From Candidatus Scatomonas merdigallinarum (GTDB lineage Bacteria > Bacillota > Clostridia > Lachnospirales > Lachnospiraceae), in the NCBI GenBank assembly GCA_018716305.1, contig DVKB01000016.1:937-64936 (forward strand): 64,000 nucleotides of DNA, written 5' to 3'. Position numbers and translations under genes: made by a program. This document shows positions 9,441 to 18,734 of the stretch, one piece after another. The notes beneath the pieces are model-generated. The model searched no databases, was not told where the DNA came from, and was given only the letters and a program-made list of their open reading frames with translations. Within the stretch, counting starts at the first letter, position 1. The number at the start of each line of letters is the position of its first letter.

Positions 9441-9455
9441 TTTTCATACGTTGCT

Positions 9456-9484
9456 ATCCTACCACGGATATCTGCTTAAGTCAA
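9456..9484 (-). promoter_or_regulatory. sigmaA promoter of the infC operon
   Basis: TTGACT (9484-9479), 17 nt, TAGGAT (9461-9456). Confidence 0.75.
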
Positions 9485-9540
9485 GAAAAAATCTCTTATT
9501 TTTCCAGAAAAGCCTGCACTCCGCCTCAACGCATTGAACA

Positions 9541-9578
9541 GAAACACCACCCGGCATTCCGTGTCCGGGTGGTGCTTT
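9541..9578 (-). terminator. Terminator after the DUF1540 gene
   Basis: caccacccgg / ccgggtggtg 10-bp stem followed by tttc on the minus strand. Confidence 0.65.
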
Positions 9579-9592
9579 CCATTACGCATTCC

Positions 9593-9919
9593 CTATCCGC
9601 GCATGAAGCTGCTGCAGCAGGTCTCGCTCATGCAGCAGGCATCGTGTCCGTCAATGTTGATGGCGCCTGCCACACATTTACAGTGGTCGTTGGACCGGCA
9701 GCCCGTGGCCTCGCAGTTTACCCCGATATTGGTGCATCCGCATCCGCTGTCCGCCATAGTCATACTGTTGCTCATGGCGTCCTTCCTTTCCATGAAGCTT
9801 TCGCAGCAGGTCTCATCCGCCCGGGTGGCCCCGCTGCCGCCCACTTTAATATCACCTTTGGAACAAAGTTCTCCTTTGTTGTAGACACAGGTCATGGCTG
9901 AGCACTTTAAAGCCGGCAT
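9593..9919 (-). CDS. Cys-rich tandem DUF1540-like protein
   Basis: 108 aa, 15 Cys, two repeats of C..xxC.yN...C....I.v.G......eTCCxSF; RBS aaaggagg. Confidence 0.8.
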   Translation of the reverse strand: MPALKCSAMTCVYNKGELCSKGDIKVGGSGATRADETCCESFMERKDAMSNSMTMADSGCGCTNIGVNCEATGCRSNDHCKCVAGAINIDGHDACCMSETCCSSFMRG

Positions 9920-9949
9920 ACATACTACCTCCTTTCAAGTTTACGGAAA

Positions 9950-9978
9950 CAGTATGCCCGGAATTTAACCGGCTATAC
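9950..9978 (-). promoter_or_regulatory. sigmaG-like (forespore) promoter
   Basis: GTATA (9978-9974), 17 nt, CATACTG (9956-9950), close to the Bacillus/Clostridium sigmaG consensus GHATR-N17/18-CATWHTA. Confidence 0.55.
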
Positions 9979-9987
9979 GCCTCTGCC

Positions 9988-11916
9988 TTATTTTTCTTCT
10001 ATTTCCACTTTCTTGATTTCTTTGGAAGCGATCTCCTTCTGAATCGCTTCTGTGAAACCGGCAAGACTGCTCTGGCCTTCATCGCCCTTAAACCGGCTTC
10101 TGACCGCCACCAGACTCTGCTCTTCCTCTTTGGCTCCCACCACCAGCATGTAGGGAATCTTCAGGCTCTGAGCCTCCCGGATCTTGTAACCGATCTTCTC
10201 GGAGCGCACATCCAGCTCCGCCCGGATGCCGGCCTTCTTTAACTCAGCCAGCACTTTTTCTCCATAGTCCAGGAATTTCTCGGAGATAGGCAGGACTTTC
10301 ACCTGCACCGGAGCCAGCCAGGTGGGGAAGGCTCCCGCAAAATGCTCGATGAGAATGCCGATGAACCGCTCAATGGAGCCGAAAGCTACCCGGTGGATCA
10401 TAATGGGACGGTGCTTCTCCCCGTCCGCTCCGGTGTACTCCAGCCCGAACCGCAGGGGCAGCTGGAAGTCCAGCTGAATGGTGCCGCACTGCCAGGTCCG
10501 GCCGATGGAGTCCTGCAGATGGAAGTCAATCTTGGGGCCGTAGAAAGCGCCATCCCCCTCGTTTACCGCGTAGGACAGGCCCAGGTCATCCAAGGCTCCC
10601 CGGAGGGCGTCAGTGGCCAGTTCCCAATCCTCATCGCTTCCCATAGAATCCTCGGGACGGGTGGAAAGCTCCACATGATACTTAAAGCCGAAAAGGCTGT
10701 ATACCTCATCAATGAGCCGGGCCACACCCTTGATCTCATCCCGGATCTGATCCGGGGTCATAAAGATGTGGGCGTCGTCCTGAGTAAAGCAGCGGACTCT
10801 CATGAGACCGTGGAGCTGCCCGGATTTCTCATGGCGGTGGACAATGCCCAGCTCGCCCAGCCGCAGAGGCAGATCCCGGTAAGAGCGGGGCTCCGACTGA
10901 TACACCAGCACGCCGCCGGGACAGTTCATGGGTTTGATGGCATAGTCCTGCTCGTCGATGACTGTGGTGTACATATTGTTTTTATAGTGATCCCAGTGGC
11001 CGGAGGTTTCCCAGAGACTCCGGTTCAGAATGATGGGCGTGGAGATCTCCTGATAGCCGTTTCTCTCATGGAGCTCGTGCCAGTAATCCAGCAGAGTGTT
11101 TTTAAGGATCATTCCTTTTGGCAGAAAGAAGGGGAATCCAGGTCCCGCCTCGTGCATCATGAACAGTCCCAGCTCTTTGCCCAGCTTCCGGTGATCTCTC
11201 TTCTTGGCCTCTTCCATCATGGTCAGATACTCGTCCAGCTCTGCCTTCTTGGGGAAGGCGGTACCATAGATCCGGGTCAGCATTTTGTTATGCTCGTCCC
11301 CTCTCCAGTAGGCGCCCGCCAGGCTGGTAAGCTTAAAGGCCTTCACCGGCTTGGTACTCATGAGATGAGGTCCGGCGCAGAGATCGATGAACTCTCCCTG
11401 CTGATAGAAGCTGATCTCCGCCCCCTCCGGCAGATCTTCGATCAGTTCCACTTTATAAGGCTCCTGACGCTCTTTCATAAGGGCGATGGCTTCCTCTCTG
11501 GGTTTTGTAAAACGGGTGATCTCCAGATTCTCTTTGACAATCTTCTTCATCTCCCCTTCCAGCTTCTCCAGGTCTTCCGGGGTAAATCCTCCCTCGATGT
11601 CAATGTCATAGTAAAATCCGTCAGCAATGGAGGGGCCGATGGCCAGTTTTGCCTGAGGATACAGACGCTTAACCGCCTGAGCCAGGATGTGGGAGGTAGT
11701 ATGTCGGTAGGCTGCCAGGCCCTCCGGATCGGAAGCAGTCAGGATGCTCAGGCTGCAGTCCCGGTCTACCCTATGCCGCAGATCCACCACCTCACCGTCC
11801 ATCTCGCCGGCAGTGGCAGCTCTGGCAAGGCCCTCGCTGATGTCTTTCGCAATCTCCAGCACCGTCATGGGGGCGCTGTATTCCTTAGTGCTGCCGTCTT
11901 TCAGTGTAATAATCAT
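9988..11916 (-). CDS. thrS: Threonine--tRNA ligase
   Basis: TGS domain (IITLKDGS), RDHRKLGKEL, KPMNCPG, GAFYGPKID; start moved to ATG 11916 after the AGGAG RBS (the upstream part of the ORF is the T-box). Confidence 0.98.
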   Translation of the reverse strand: MIITLKDGSTKEYSAPMTVLEIAKDISEGLARAATAGEMDGEVVDLRHRVDRDCSLSILTASDPEGLAAYRHTTSHILAQAVKRLYPQAKLAIGPSIADGFYYDIDIEGGFTPEDLEKLEGEMKKIVKENLEITRFTKPREEAIALMKERQEPYKVELIEDLPEGAEISFYQQGEFIDLCAGPHLMSTKPVKAFKLTSLAGAYWRGDEHNKMLTRIYGTAFPKKAELDEYLTMMEEAKKRDHRKLGKELGLFMMHEAGPGFPFFLPKGMILKNTLLDYWHELHERNGYQEISTPIILNRSLWETSGHWDHYKNNMYTTVIDEQDYAIKPMNCPGGVLVYQSEPRSYRDLPLRLGELGIVHRHEKSGQLHGLMRVRCFTQDDAHIFMTPDQIRDEIKGVARLIDEVYSLFGFKYHVELSTRPEDSMGSDEDWELATDALRGALDDLGLSYAVNEGDGAFYGPKIDFHLQDSIGRTWQCGTIQLDFQLPLRFGLEYTGADGEKHRPIMIHRVAFGSIERFIGILIEHFAGAFPTWLAPVQVKVLPISEKFLDYGEKVLAELKKAGIRAELDVRSEKIGYKIREAQSLKIPYMLVVGAKEEEQSLVAVRSRFKGDEGQSSLAGFTEAIQKEIASKEIKKVEIEEK

Positions 11917-11949
11917 GATCTTCTTCTCCTTTTTCACATATTTGGGGAA

Positions 11950-12182
11950 CAAAAATCCCTTACGGCATTTCTGCCATAAGGGACGATTCTCTTCTGAGTC
12001 CGCGGTTCCACCCTGCTTGCCCCGGGCGCTGCCCCGGGACCTCTTCATTCTGACGGTAACGGAGTCGCCGGGCCGGATTGGGGCCGCTCGGAGGTGGTCT
12101 TCAGCCGCCATCCGCCGGGATGCTCGCACCCTGCCATCCCTCTCTTCAGACTTCCCGCAGCCTACTCTTCTCTTCTTCGCTT
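11950..12182 (-). ncRNA. T-box riboswitch, Thr specifier ACC
   Basis: Stem I with AGAGA and GCTGAAG-ACC (12098-12096), T-box GGGTGGAACCGCG (12013-12001), terminator tcccttatggca/tgccgtaaggga plus T run. Confidence 0.95.
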
Positions 12183-12197
12183 TCTCTTATGTGGTTC

Positions 12198-12225
12198 ATT
12201 ATAGCACGATTCCCCGGGTTGTCAA
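12198..12225 (-). promoter_or_regulatory. sigmaA promoter of T-box/thrS
   Basis: TTGACA (12225-12220), 16 nt, TG-c-TATAAT (12203-12198). Confidence 0.8.
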
Positions 12226-12301
12226 CGGCGGAATTGCCCGGATTTACATGTCCGCTTACCCCGCGGCCGGGAGGCTTTCTCCGCATTTTCCGGATTGCGC
12301 C

Positions 12302-12347
12302 AAAAAGGAGGCAAAACCCGATACATTCAGCGGGTTTTGCCTCCTTT
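12302..12347 (-). terminator. Terminator of the sugar ABC operon
   Basis: aaaggaggcaaaacccg / cgggttttgcctccttt 17-bp stem. Confidence 0.85.
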
Positions 12348-12410
12348 GTACTTACTCATATAGATCCGGCAGCCGGCCTCATACCGGCAGCCTGGACTTT
12401 GCCGCGTTTG

Positions 12411-13460
12411 TTAAACAGCCGCTTTCTTCTTTCTGCTCTGAGCCATGATCACACTCTGGATTACCAGGAACAGGCAGAGCATAGCCGCTACGGTGATACC
12501 GGTCCACCAAGCCTGATCCAGACCGATGGAAGACACGATATTCTGGATCAGTCCCAGGGACAGAACACCCAGGAAAGTTCCGAAAATGTTGCCCACACCG
12601 CCGGTCAGCAGCGTACCGCCGATGATAGAGGTTGCGATGGCGTTCATCTCCATGCCGGAGGCATGAGAAGGTGAACCGGAACCAACATGCATAAAGTACA
12701 CATATCCGGCAATTCCTGCCAGCAGACCGCTGAGGAGCTGCGCGATGAAACGTGTTCTCTTTACATTGATTCCCAGCATCAGAGCACTCTGCTGATTTCC
12801 GCCTACCGCGTAGAAGCTGCGGCCCAGCTTCATCCAGCGAAGCACACAGAACAGAATCACAACAATGGCGATTGCCACCACAACGCCGATCTCTACGTAA
12901 GCATTTACAAAGACGCCCTTCGCGTTTACGGAACCAAACGGCAGTTTGATTCTGGTGTTTTTCAGCGCCTGGAAAGCCTCGTTGGCTACGTTAAAGGGCT
13001 GAGAATGAACGATGGTCGTCATACCTCTGGCAAAGAACATACCTGCCAGGGATACGATGAAGGGCTGGATGTCCAGATAAGCTACCAGGAATCCCTGCAC
13101 AATGCCGAAAGCCAGGCCGATGCCCAGAGCCACCATAATGGAGGTGAAGATATTTCCGTTCAGGTAGTCAAGATTTACCGCGCAGCTCATACTTACCAGA
13201 GCCACCACGCCTCCGACGGAGATATCGATACCGCCGGTAATCATGACGATGCTCAGACCGCAGGCCGTGATGATCAGAGCCGCGTTGTTGTTCAAAAGGT
13301 TGCAGAAGGTCTGAACCTTCAGGAAGCCTTCGCCCAGGAAGATCATGGCACCCGCATACATCGCCACAAAAACAATAATTGTAATCAGGAGCAGCTTATT
13401 GGAATCTGTCATGCCTCTTTTCGGCATGGCTTTGCTCTCCGCATTTCCTTTTCCTGCCAT
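12411..13460 (-). CDS. Monosaccharide ABC permease (YjfF-like)
   Basis: GGIDISVG, QPFIVSLAGMFFARG, MEMNAIATSIIGGT (BPD_transp_2 family). Confidence 0.88.
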   Translation of the reverse strand: MAGKGNAESKAMPKRGMTDSNKLLLITIIVFVAMYAGAMIFLGEGFLKVQTFCNLLNNNAALIITACGLSIVMITGGIDISVGGVVALVSMSCAVNLDYLNGNIFTSIMVALGIGLAFGIVQGFLVAYLDIQPFIVSLAGMFFARGMTTIVHSQPFNVANEAFQALKNTRIKLPFGSVNAKGVFVNAYVEIGVVVAIAIVVILFCVLRWMKLGRSFYAVGGNQQSALMLGINVKRTRFIAQLLSGLLAGIAGYVYFMHVGSGSPSHASGMEMNAIATSIIGGTLLTGGVGNIFGTFLGVLSLGLIQNIVSSIGLDQAWWTGITVAAMLCLFLVIQSVIMAQSRKKKAAV

Positions 13461-14537
13461 TTATGCGGCCTCCTTTCTTGCTCTCATTTTCTTTCCGATG
13501 GACGCGAATTTTGCCTTTACAGCCGGAGCGCTGATAACTACCAGCACGATTACGACTACTGCTTTGTATGCCGGCAGAGCGTCGGAGGAAACCTGCAGCT
13601 TGTACAGGGTGGTGGTCAGGAACTGAATGACATAGGCGCCCAGTACAGAAGACATAATGTTGAATTTACCGCCGCTCAGCGCGTTTCCGCCCAGAGCTAC
13701 CGCCAGGATGGCGTCCATCTCGATATCCTTGGCAATAACGGAATAGTTAATGGTGGAGATACGGCTGGTCTTAATCAGACCTACCACAGCCACGCACAGG
13801 CCCAGGATAACGAAGCTCAGGAACTTGATAAAGGTAGGATTGATACCGTTCAGTCTGGAGGAGCTGGCATTGATACCTACCGCCTGGGTATACAGGCCCA
13901 GGTTTGTAAATTTCAGAACCAGCATAATCACGATCACACAGATCGCCGCGATAAAGAAGGGCGTCGGGATCGGAATACCGGGGATAAATCCGCCGAAATA
14001 TGTATAGGAAGGATCGGTAACAATCGGAAGCTCGTTGTTGTTGATCCACGCGGCAATGGAACGGCCGGCTGTATACAGAATCAGCGTGGCCACCATGGGC
14101 TGGATGTTAAAGATTGAAACCAGCACGCCGTTGAAAGCGCCAAACAGCATAGATACAATACATGCTACCAGGAAAGCTACGATAATGGGGGCCTGGAGCT
14201 CTCCGTCTCCGCCGCCCACCAGGATCCGCAGGATTACGGAACCGGCAATAGCCGTGGTAGCACCTACGCTGATGTCCTGTCCGCCGCAGGCCGCAGTGAC
14301 AAGGGTCATACCGATGGCCAGAATGGCAACCTCAGAACCATTGTCCAGGATTGTGATCAGGTATCCGCTCAGGACCGGATCACCGGCACTGTTGGTACCC
14401 ATGGTAATTGAGAAAAATCCGGGATCCAGGATCAGGTTGAAAACCGCCAGAATGATCAGCGCAACGATCGGAATGAACATCTGCATCCGAAACAGGCGCG
14501 AGATTCCTCCGGGACTATTTAATTTCTTTTCCGCCAT
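13461..14537 (-). CDS. Monosaccharide ABC permease (YtfT-like)
   Basis: QDISVGA, IQPMVATLIL, EMDAILAVALGG. Confidence 0.88.
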   Translation of the reverse strand: MAEKKLNSPGGISRLFRMQMFIPIVALIILAVFNLILDPGFFSITMGTNSAGDPVLSGYLITILDNGSEVAILAIGMTLVTAACGGQDISVGATTAIAGSVILRILVGGGDGELQAPIIVAFLVACIVSMLFGAFNGVLVSIFNIQPMVATLILYTAGRSIAAWINNNELPIVTDPSYTYFGGFIPGIPIPTPFFIAAICVIVIMLVLKFTNLGLYTQAVGINASSSRLNGINPTFIKFLSFVILGLCVAVVGLIKTSRISTINYSVIAKDIEMDAILAVALGGNALSGGKFNIMSSVLGAYVIQFLTTTLYKLQVSSDALPAYKAVVVIVLVVISAPAVKAKFASIGKKMRARKEAA

Positions 14538-16063
14538 TATGCTTCACCTCCTGCAATCGTCTCCATAACCTTGGTCTGAGTCAGCTCCTGACCGGAGAGT
14601 TCTCCTACTACCCGGCGGTCTCTCATGACAATCAGTCTGGAGCAGGTTCGGAGCATCTCATCTGTCTCAGAGGAGATGAAGGTAACACTCATTCCCTCGG
14701 AGGCCAGCTTCAGCACCAGCTTCTGAATTTCAATCTTTGTTCCGATATCAATACCGCGGGTGGGCTCATCCAGGATCAGATACTTGGGATGAGTCAGCAG
14801 CCAGCGGGCCAGGATACATTTCTGCTGATTACCGCCGGACAGAGACTTAATGGGCGTGTCCGCGGAAGCCGTCTTGATCTCCAGAAGTTTTATGTATTCA
14901 TCCGCAAACTTATTGGCCTGCGCCTTGGAGAAGGGATGGAAAAAGCCCTTCAGAACCTGAGCCGCCAAGATAATATTCTCGCGGACAGAAAGGTCGCCTA
15001 CAATACCGTCAATCTTACGGTCTTCCGGAAGATACGCAATACCAGCTTTCATAGCATCCAGCGGTTTGTGGATCTTCACTGTCTTGCCCTCTACCTTTAC
15101 GCTGCCCTTCAGCACATGGTCGGCGCCGAAGATTGCCCGGACAGACTCGCTTCGTCCGGATCCCAGCAGACCTGTAAATCCGTTGACTTCGCCTTTTTTG
15201 ATATGGAAATTGAAAGGCTTGATACCGGCGTCGCTCTGCAGTCCCTCTGCCTCCAGCAGGTTCTGGTCCGCGTCCGCGCCGGAATATACGGCTGCCTCTC
15301 CCTTGATATCCTCCATGTCGTCCAGCTCCTTGCCCAGCATCTTGGCAACCAGCTGTACTCTCGGCAGATCCTCGATCACATATTCCCCTACCAGCTGTCC
15401 GTCTCTGAGAACTGTGATCTTATCACAGACCGCGTACACCTGATCCAGGAAGTGGGTAACGAAGATGATTCCTACGCCTCTGGCCTTCAGATCGTTCATC
15501 AGTCCGAACAGCTTCTCCACTTCGGAATCATCCAGAGAGGAGGTGGGCTCGTCCAGGATCAGAACCTTACAGTCCATATCCACCGCACGGGCGATTGCCA
15601 CCATCTGCTGAATGGCGATGGAGCAGCTGCCCAGCTGCTGGTTTGCCCTGGCCGGTATGCCCAGATTCTGGAGAATCTTGTCGGCATCCTTATTCATTTT
15701 GTTCCAGTTTGTAATCTGGCCTTTGCCTCGGCCGATGTACATGTTCTCCGCCACTGTCAGATTGGGGCAGAGGGTAATCTCCTGATACACAGTGCTGATT
15801 CCAAGATTCTGTGCATCCTGGGGAGATTTGATTACTGCCGGCTTGTTCAGGCCTTTGAGATAGATTTCACCTTCATCTTTCTCATAGACGCCGGTCAGAA
15901 CCTTGATCAGAGTTGATTTTCCAGCTCCGTTCTCACCCATCAACGCATGGATTTCACCTTCGCAGAGAGTAAAGTCCACGCCCTGCAGTGCACGTACTCC
16001 GGGAAAGCTTTTGTGTATGTTTCTCATTTCCAATACAGAATTCTCTTTCACCCGTACATTCAC
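14537..16063 (-). CDS. Monosaccharide ABC ATPase with two NBDs (YtfR/RbsA-like)
   Basis: GENGAGKST, LDEPT twice, LSGGNQQK. Confidence 0.95.
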   Translation of the reverse strand: MNVRVKENSVLEMRNIHKSFPGVRALQGVDFTLCEGEIHALMGENGAGKSTLIKVLTGVYEKDEGEIYLKGLNKPAVIKSPQDAQNLGISTVYQEITLCPNLTVAENMYIGRGKGQITNWNKMNKDADKILQNLGIPARANQQLGSCSIAIQQMVAIARAVDMDCKVLILDEPTSSLDDSEVEKLFGLMNDLKARGVGIIFVTHFLDQVYAVCDKITVLRDGQLVGEYVIEDLPRVQLVAKMLGKELDDMEDIKGEAAVYSGADADQNLLEAEGLQSDAGIKPFNFHIKKGEVNGFTGLLGSGRSESVRAIFGADHVLKGSVKVEGKTVKIHKPLDAMKAGIAYLPEDRKIDGIVGDLSVRENIILAAQVLKGFFHPFSKAQANKFADEYIKLLEIKTASADTPIKSLSGGNQQKCILARWLLTHPKYLILDEPTRGIDIGTKIEIQKLVLKLASEGMSVTFISSETDEMLRTCSRLIVMRDRRVVGELSGQELTQTKVMETIAGGEA

Positions 16064-16209
16064 TCCTTACATTTTTTATTTGCACAAGGCAGCCTGTCCT
16101 GCCGAAATGCTCACATCATACAAAGAGCGCAGAGCATACGTACTTTTATTCCGCTGCACCACGCTCTTTGACATTATGCTAAGCTACTTGTCTGTTCCTT
16201 CGTATCAGA

Positions 16210-17262
16210 TTAGATTCCGTACTGCTCGATATCTGCGTCTGTGATGGTATCGCAGTCGAAACCTTTCTCCTCCATAATGATCTTCTTCTCGGTGATCTCC
16301 TCGCCGGCCTGATCTTTCTGGATGATCTCATCGATGTAGGATGCCTGATAAGGATTGCACTGTCCGTCGTAGTTCCAATTTCCGGCCTTAACCTCTTCCA
16401 GAGCCCACTTATTGGTATCGAAGCCCATGATGATTACATCGCCGTCTTTTCCGTGGGAGATATTTGCCTTATCCAGAGCTGCCACAGCGCCTTTAGCCAT
16501 ATCATCGTTCTCCGCGTAGATTACGTTGAACTCAGTACCCTGATCGATTACAGACTGAACGATCTGCTGAGCTTTCTCTGCGTTCCACTCTGCGGTCTGC
16601 TGGGTTACGATGTTCCATCCCTCAGCTTTAGCCATCTCATTCAGCGCCTCTGTACGTCCTACCTGAGCGGCAGAGCCCATAACACCCTGAATGTGAATGA
16701 TGTTGTAGGAATCCAGTCCCTCATCTTTCAGCCAGTTGCAGGCGGTGTCGCCCTCAGCTCTCATATCGGAAACGATGGAAGCCAGATACATGCTCTCATC
16801 AGCATCGATGGTACGGTCGAACAGGATTACGCCGATTCCGTTGTCAGCAGCGTCCTGCAGAACGCCGTCCCAGCCTGATGTATCAGCCGCGGACAGAAGC
16901 AGGTAATCTACACCGTCCTGGATGAACTTCTGAGCGGCTGCGATCTGCTCATCGTTCTTCAGGCTGTATGCGAAAGAAGCCTCGTATCCGTTAGCCTCGG
17001 TGAACATTTTTTTCATATCCGCATCGTTGGCGGTACGGTATCCGGACTCGTTGGGGTCGTTGTTGATGATACCAACTTTGATCAGCTCTCCGTCTGCTGC
17101 CGCGGAACCCTCATCTGCGTCCGCCGCGCTTCCATTGCTGGTAGTGGTGGTGTCAGATCCGCTGTTTGTGCTGACATCTTTGGTCTCCTCGGAAGAGCCG
17201 CATGCCGCCAGGCTTACTGCCATAGCGGAAACCAGTAATGCTGCAATTAATTTTCTTTTCAT
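16210..17262 (-). CDS. Sugar-binding lipoprotein (YtfQ-like; arabinose/galactofuranose class inferred)
   Basis: Lipobox LAAC; NESGYRTAN, QIAAAQKFI, YAENDDMAKG, GQCNP motifs resembling YtfQ-type SBPs. Confidence 0.85.
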   Translation of the reverse strand: MKRKLIAALLVSAMAVSLAACGSSEETKDVSTNSGSDTTTTSNGSAADADEGSAAADGELIKVGIINNDPNESGYRTANDADMKKMFTEANGYEASFAYSLKNDEQIAAAQKFIQDGVDYLLLSAADTSGWDGVLQDAADNGIGVILFDRTIDADESMYLASIVSDMRAEGDTACNWLKDEGLDSYNIIHIQGVMGSAAQVGRTEALNEMAKAEGWNIVTQQTAEWNAEKAQQIVQSVIDQGTEFNVIYAENDDMAKGAVAALDKANISHGKDGDVIIMGFDTNKWALEEVKAGNWNYDGQCNPYQASYIDEIIQKDQAGEEITEKKIIMEEKGFDCDTITDADIEQYGI

Positions 17263-17316
17263 TATGTTACCTCCCTATTTCTTAGTGATTAGAACCACTT
17301 GTTCTCTTGTGGTTTA

Positions 17317-17345
17317 ATCCTATCACTTTTTTGATTTCTTTATCA
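17317..17345 (-). promoter_or_regulatory. Candidate promoter of the sugar ABC operon
   Basis: TTGATA, 17 nt (agaaatcaaaaaagtga), TAGGAT on the minus strand. Confidence 0.55.
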
Positions 17346-17545
17346 ATGCTTATATGCAGCTGAATTTCATCTTTGTTGGTCATTTACAATACAATTTTTT
17401 TCTGCTAGAATATATTTTGAATACAAGACTGCTTTTTTTGTTGAATTTTTTCCGATAATCGTGTGTTTTTTTCTGATGAAGCTCTTTTTTCCAGAATTTT
17501 ACAGAGGATTTTCTTTGTGTATTTTTACCAAAACTTGCCAGAAAG

Positions 17546-17579
17546 TTTGATTTTTTCATCTGTTTTTTTGATTTTTTCA
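17546..17579. repeat. 13-bp direct repeat (TTTGATTTTTTCA) with 21-bp period
   Basis: Copies at 17546-17558 and 17567-17579 in the AT-rich intergenic region. Confidence 0.7.
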
Positions 17580-17650
17580 CATATTAAAATAGGAAAATTC
17601 CTTTTCCAGTAAAATATTTATCCCCGTACATACTTTCAGGAGGTAAAAAC

Positions 17651-18733
17651 ATGGCTATTAAATACAAATGGCTCGCTCTCCGATTAGAGGAGCTGATCCC
17701 CTCTTATATAAAGAAGGGAATCAATCAGCTTCCTACCGAGCAGGCTTTATGCGATCAATACATGGTCAGCCGCCAGACTGTCCGCCAGGCCCTTTCCCTT
17801 TTAGAGTCCAAGGGACTGATTACAAAAAAGAGAGGAAGCGGCTCCTATATTACCGGGCTCTCTTCCGATCTTTCCCGCAATGTAGTAGCTGTCCTTGTCT
17901 CCAGCGATACAGACTATATTTACCCGGGAATCCTGGAGGATATCAGCCATTCTTTGTCCGACAGCGGTTTTTCCTGTAAAGCATATGTCACAGAAAACAG
18001 AGTGGACAAAGAACGGCGGATTCTGAGCGCTCTGCTGAAAGAACCTGTAAAGGGCATCATTGTGGAAGGCTGCAAAAGCGCTCTGCCCAATCCCAATCTG
18101 GATCTTTACCGCCGGCTGATGCGCCGGGGAACCGCGGTTGTATTTCTTCATAATTATTATCCTGATCTTCCAAATTGTCTCTACGTCAAGGATGATAATC
18201 TTCACGGCAGTTCCCTGCTGATCCAGCATCTGGCTTCTCAGGGGCATACTTCCATCGGAGCTGTTTTTAAATCGGATGATATGCAGGGCATCGAGCGGTA
18301 TCAGGGTTTTACGGAAGCCATACAAAGCGCCGGCCTATCCATTGACGACAGCATCATACGCTGGTACGACAGTTATGATCTGGAACGCCTGGTTCAGGCT
18401 CACGATACACGGTTCCTCCAGGATATGATCCGTCATTCGCTGAACGGATGCACGGCAGTGGTCTGCTACAATGACCAGATCGCCTATTACCTGCTTCAGG
18501 AACTGCGGCTCCGGGGCTTTCTGATTCCGGAGGATCTGGCTGTGGTCTCCTTCGACAACACCTACCTCAGCCGTTCAGATATATTTTCCCTGACCACCCT
18601 TTCCCACCATCCCCACGAAATGGGTACTCTGGCCGCGGAAATGATGCTTCATAAATTAAAAGGACTTCCCGCTGGCCCGCAGGAAGTCCCCTGGTTTCTG
18701 AATACCCGGTCCAGCACAAATGCCGGCCTCTGA
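17651..18733 (+). CDS. AraR-type regulator (GntR wHTH plus LacI-type sensor domain)
   Basis: LPTEQALCDQYMVSRQTVRQAL..L...G wHTH followed by a periplasmic-binding-fold domain (VVCYNDQIA, VVSFDN). Confidence 0.85.
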   Translation: MAIKYKWLALRLEELIPSYIKKGINQLPTEQALCDQYMVSRQTVRQALSLLESKGLITKKRGSGSYITGLSSDLSRNVVAVLVSSDTDYIYPGILEDISHSLSDSGFSCKAYVTENRVDKERRILSALLKEPVKGIIVEGCKSALPNPNLDLYRRLMRRGTAVVFLHNYYPDLPNCLYVKDDNLHGSSLLIQHLASQGHTSIGAVFKSDDMQGIERYQGFTEAIQSAGLSIDDSIIRWYDSYDLERLVQAHDTRFLQDMIRHSLNGCTAVVCYNDQIAYYLLQELRLRGFLIPEDLAVVSFDNTYLSRSDIFSLTTLSHHPHEMGTLAAEMMLHKLKGLPAGPQEVPWFLNTRSSTNAGL

Positions 18734-18734
18734 T

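Noticed and set aside
10342-11979. Long antisense ORFs (also 2197-3339, 24561-26549, 33391-34716, 34754-36553, 40016-41080)
   Set aside because: They mirror well-supported genes on the opposite strand, have no RBS or recognisable motifs, and are expected shadows of GC-rich codon usage.
11917-12129. ORF-track N-terminal extensions (thrS, infC, kinase, LacI, TIM barrels, 28793-28972)
   Set aside because: They run through leaders, promoters or terminators; downstream starts have proper RBSs.
12365-12395. Recurrent ccggcagcc strings as a REP-like element (also near 1738)
   Set aside because: Only 9-10 bp, not in a shared hairpin context, and expected at this GC content.
16105-16175. caaagagcg / cgctctttg hairpin after the SBP gene as a novel ncRNA
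   Set aside because: Typical mRNA-stabilising stem-loop between SBP and ATPase genes of ABC operons.
17380-17580. 66-aa Lys-rich ORF
   Set aside because: Product of A-tracts in a regulatory region; no RBS.
17622-17637. Possible AraR operators (ccccgtacatactttc here; gcatacgtactt near 16135)
   Set aside because: Only the GTAC-like core matches; flanks are not palindromic, so too weak to call.
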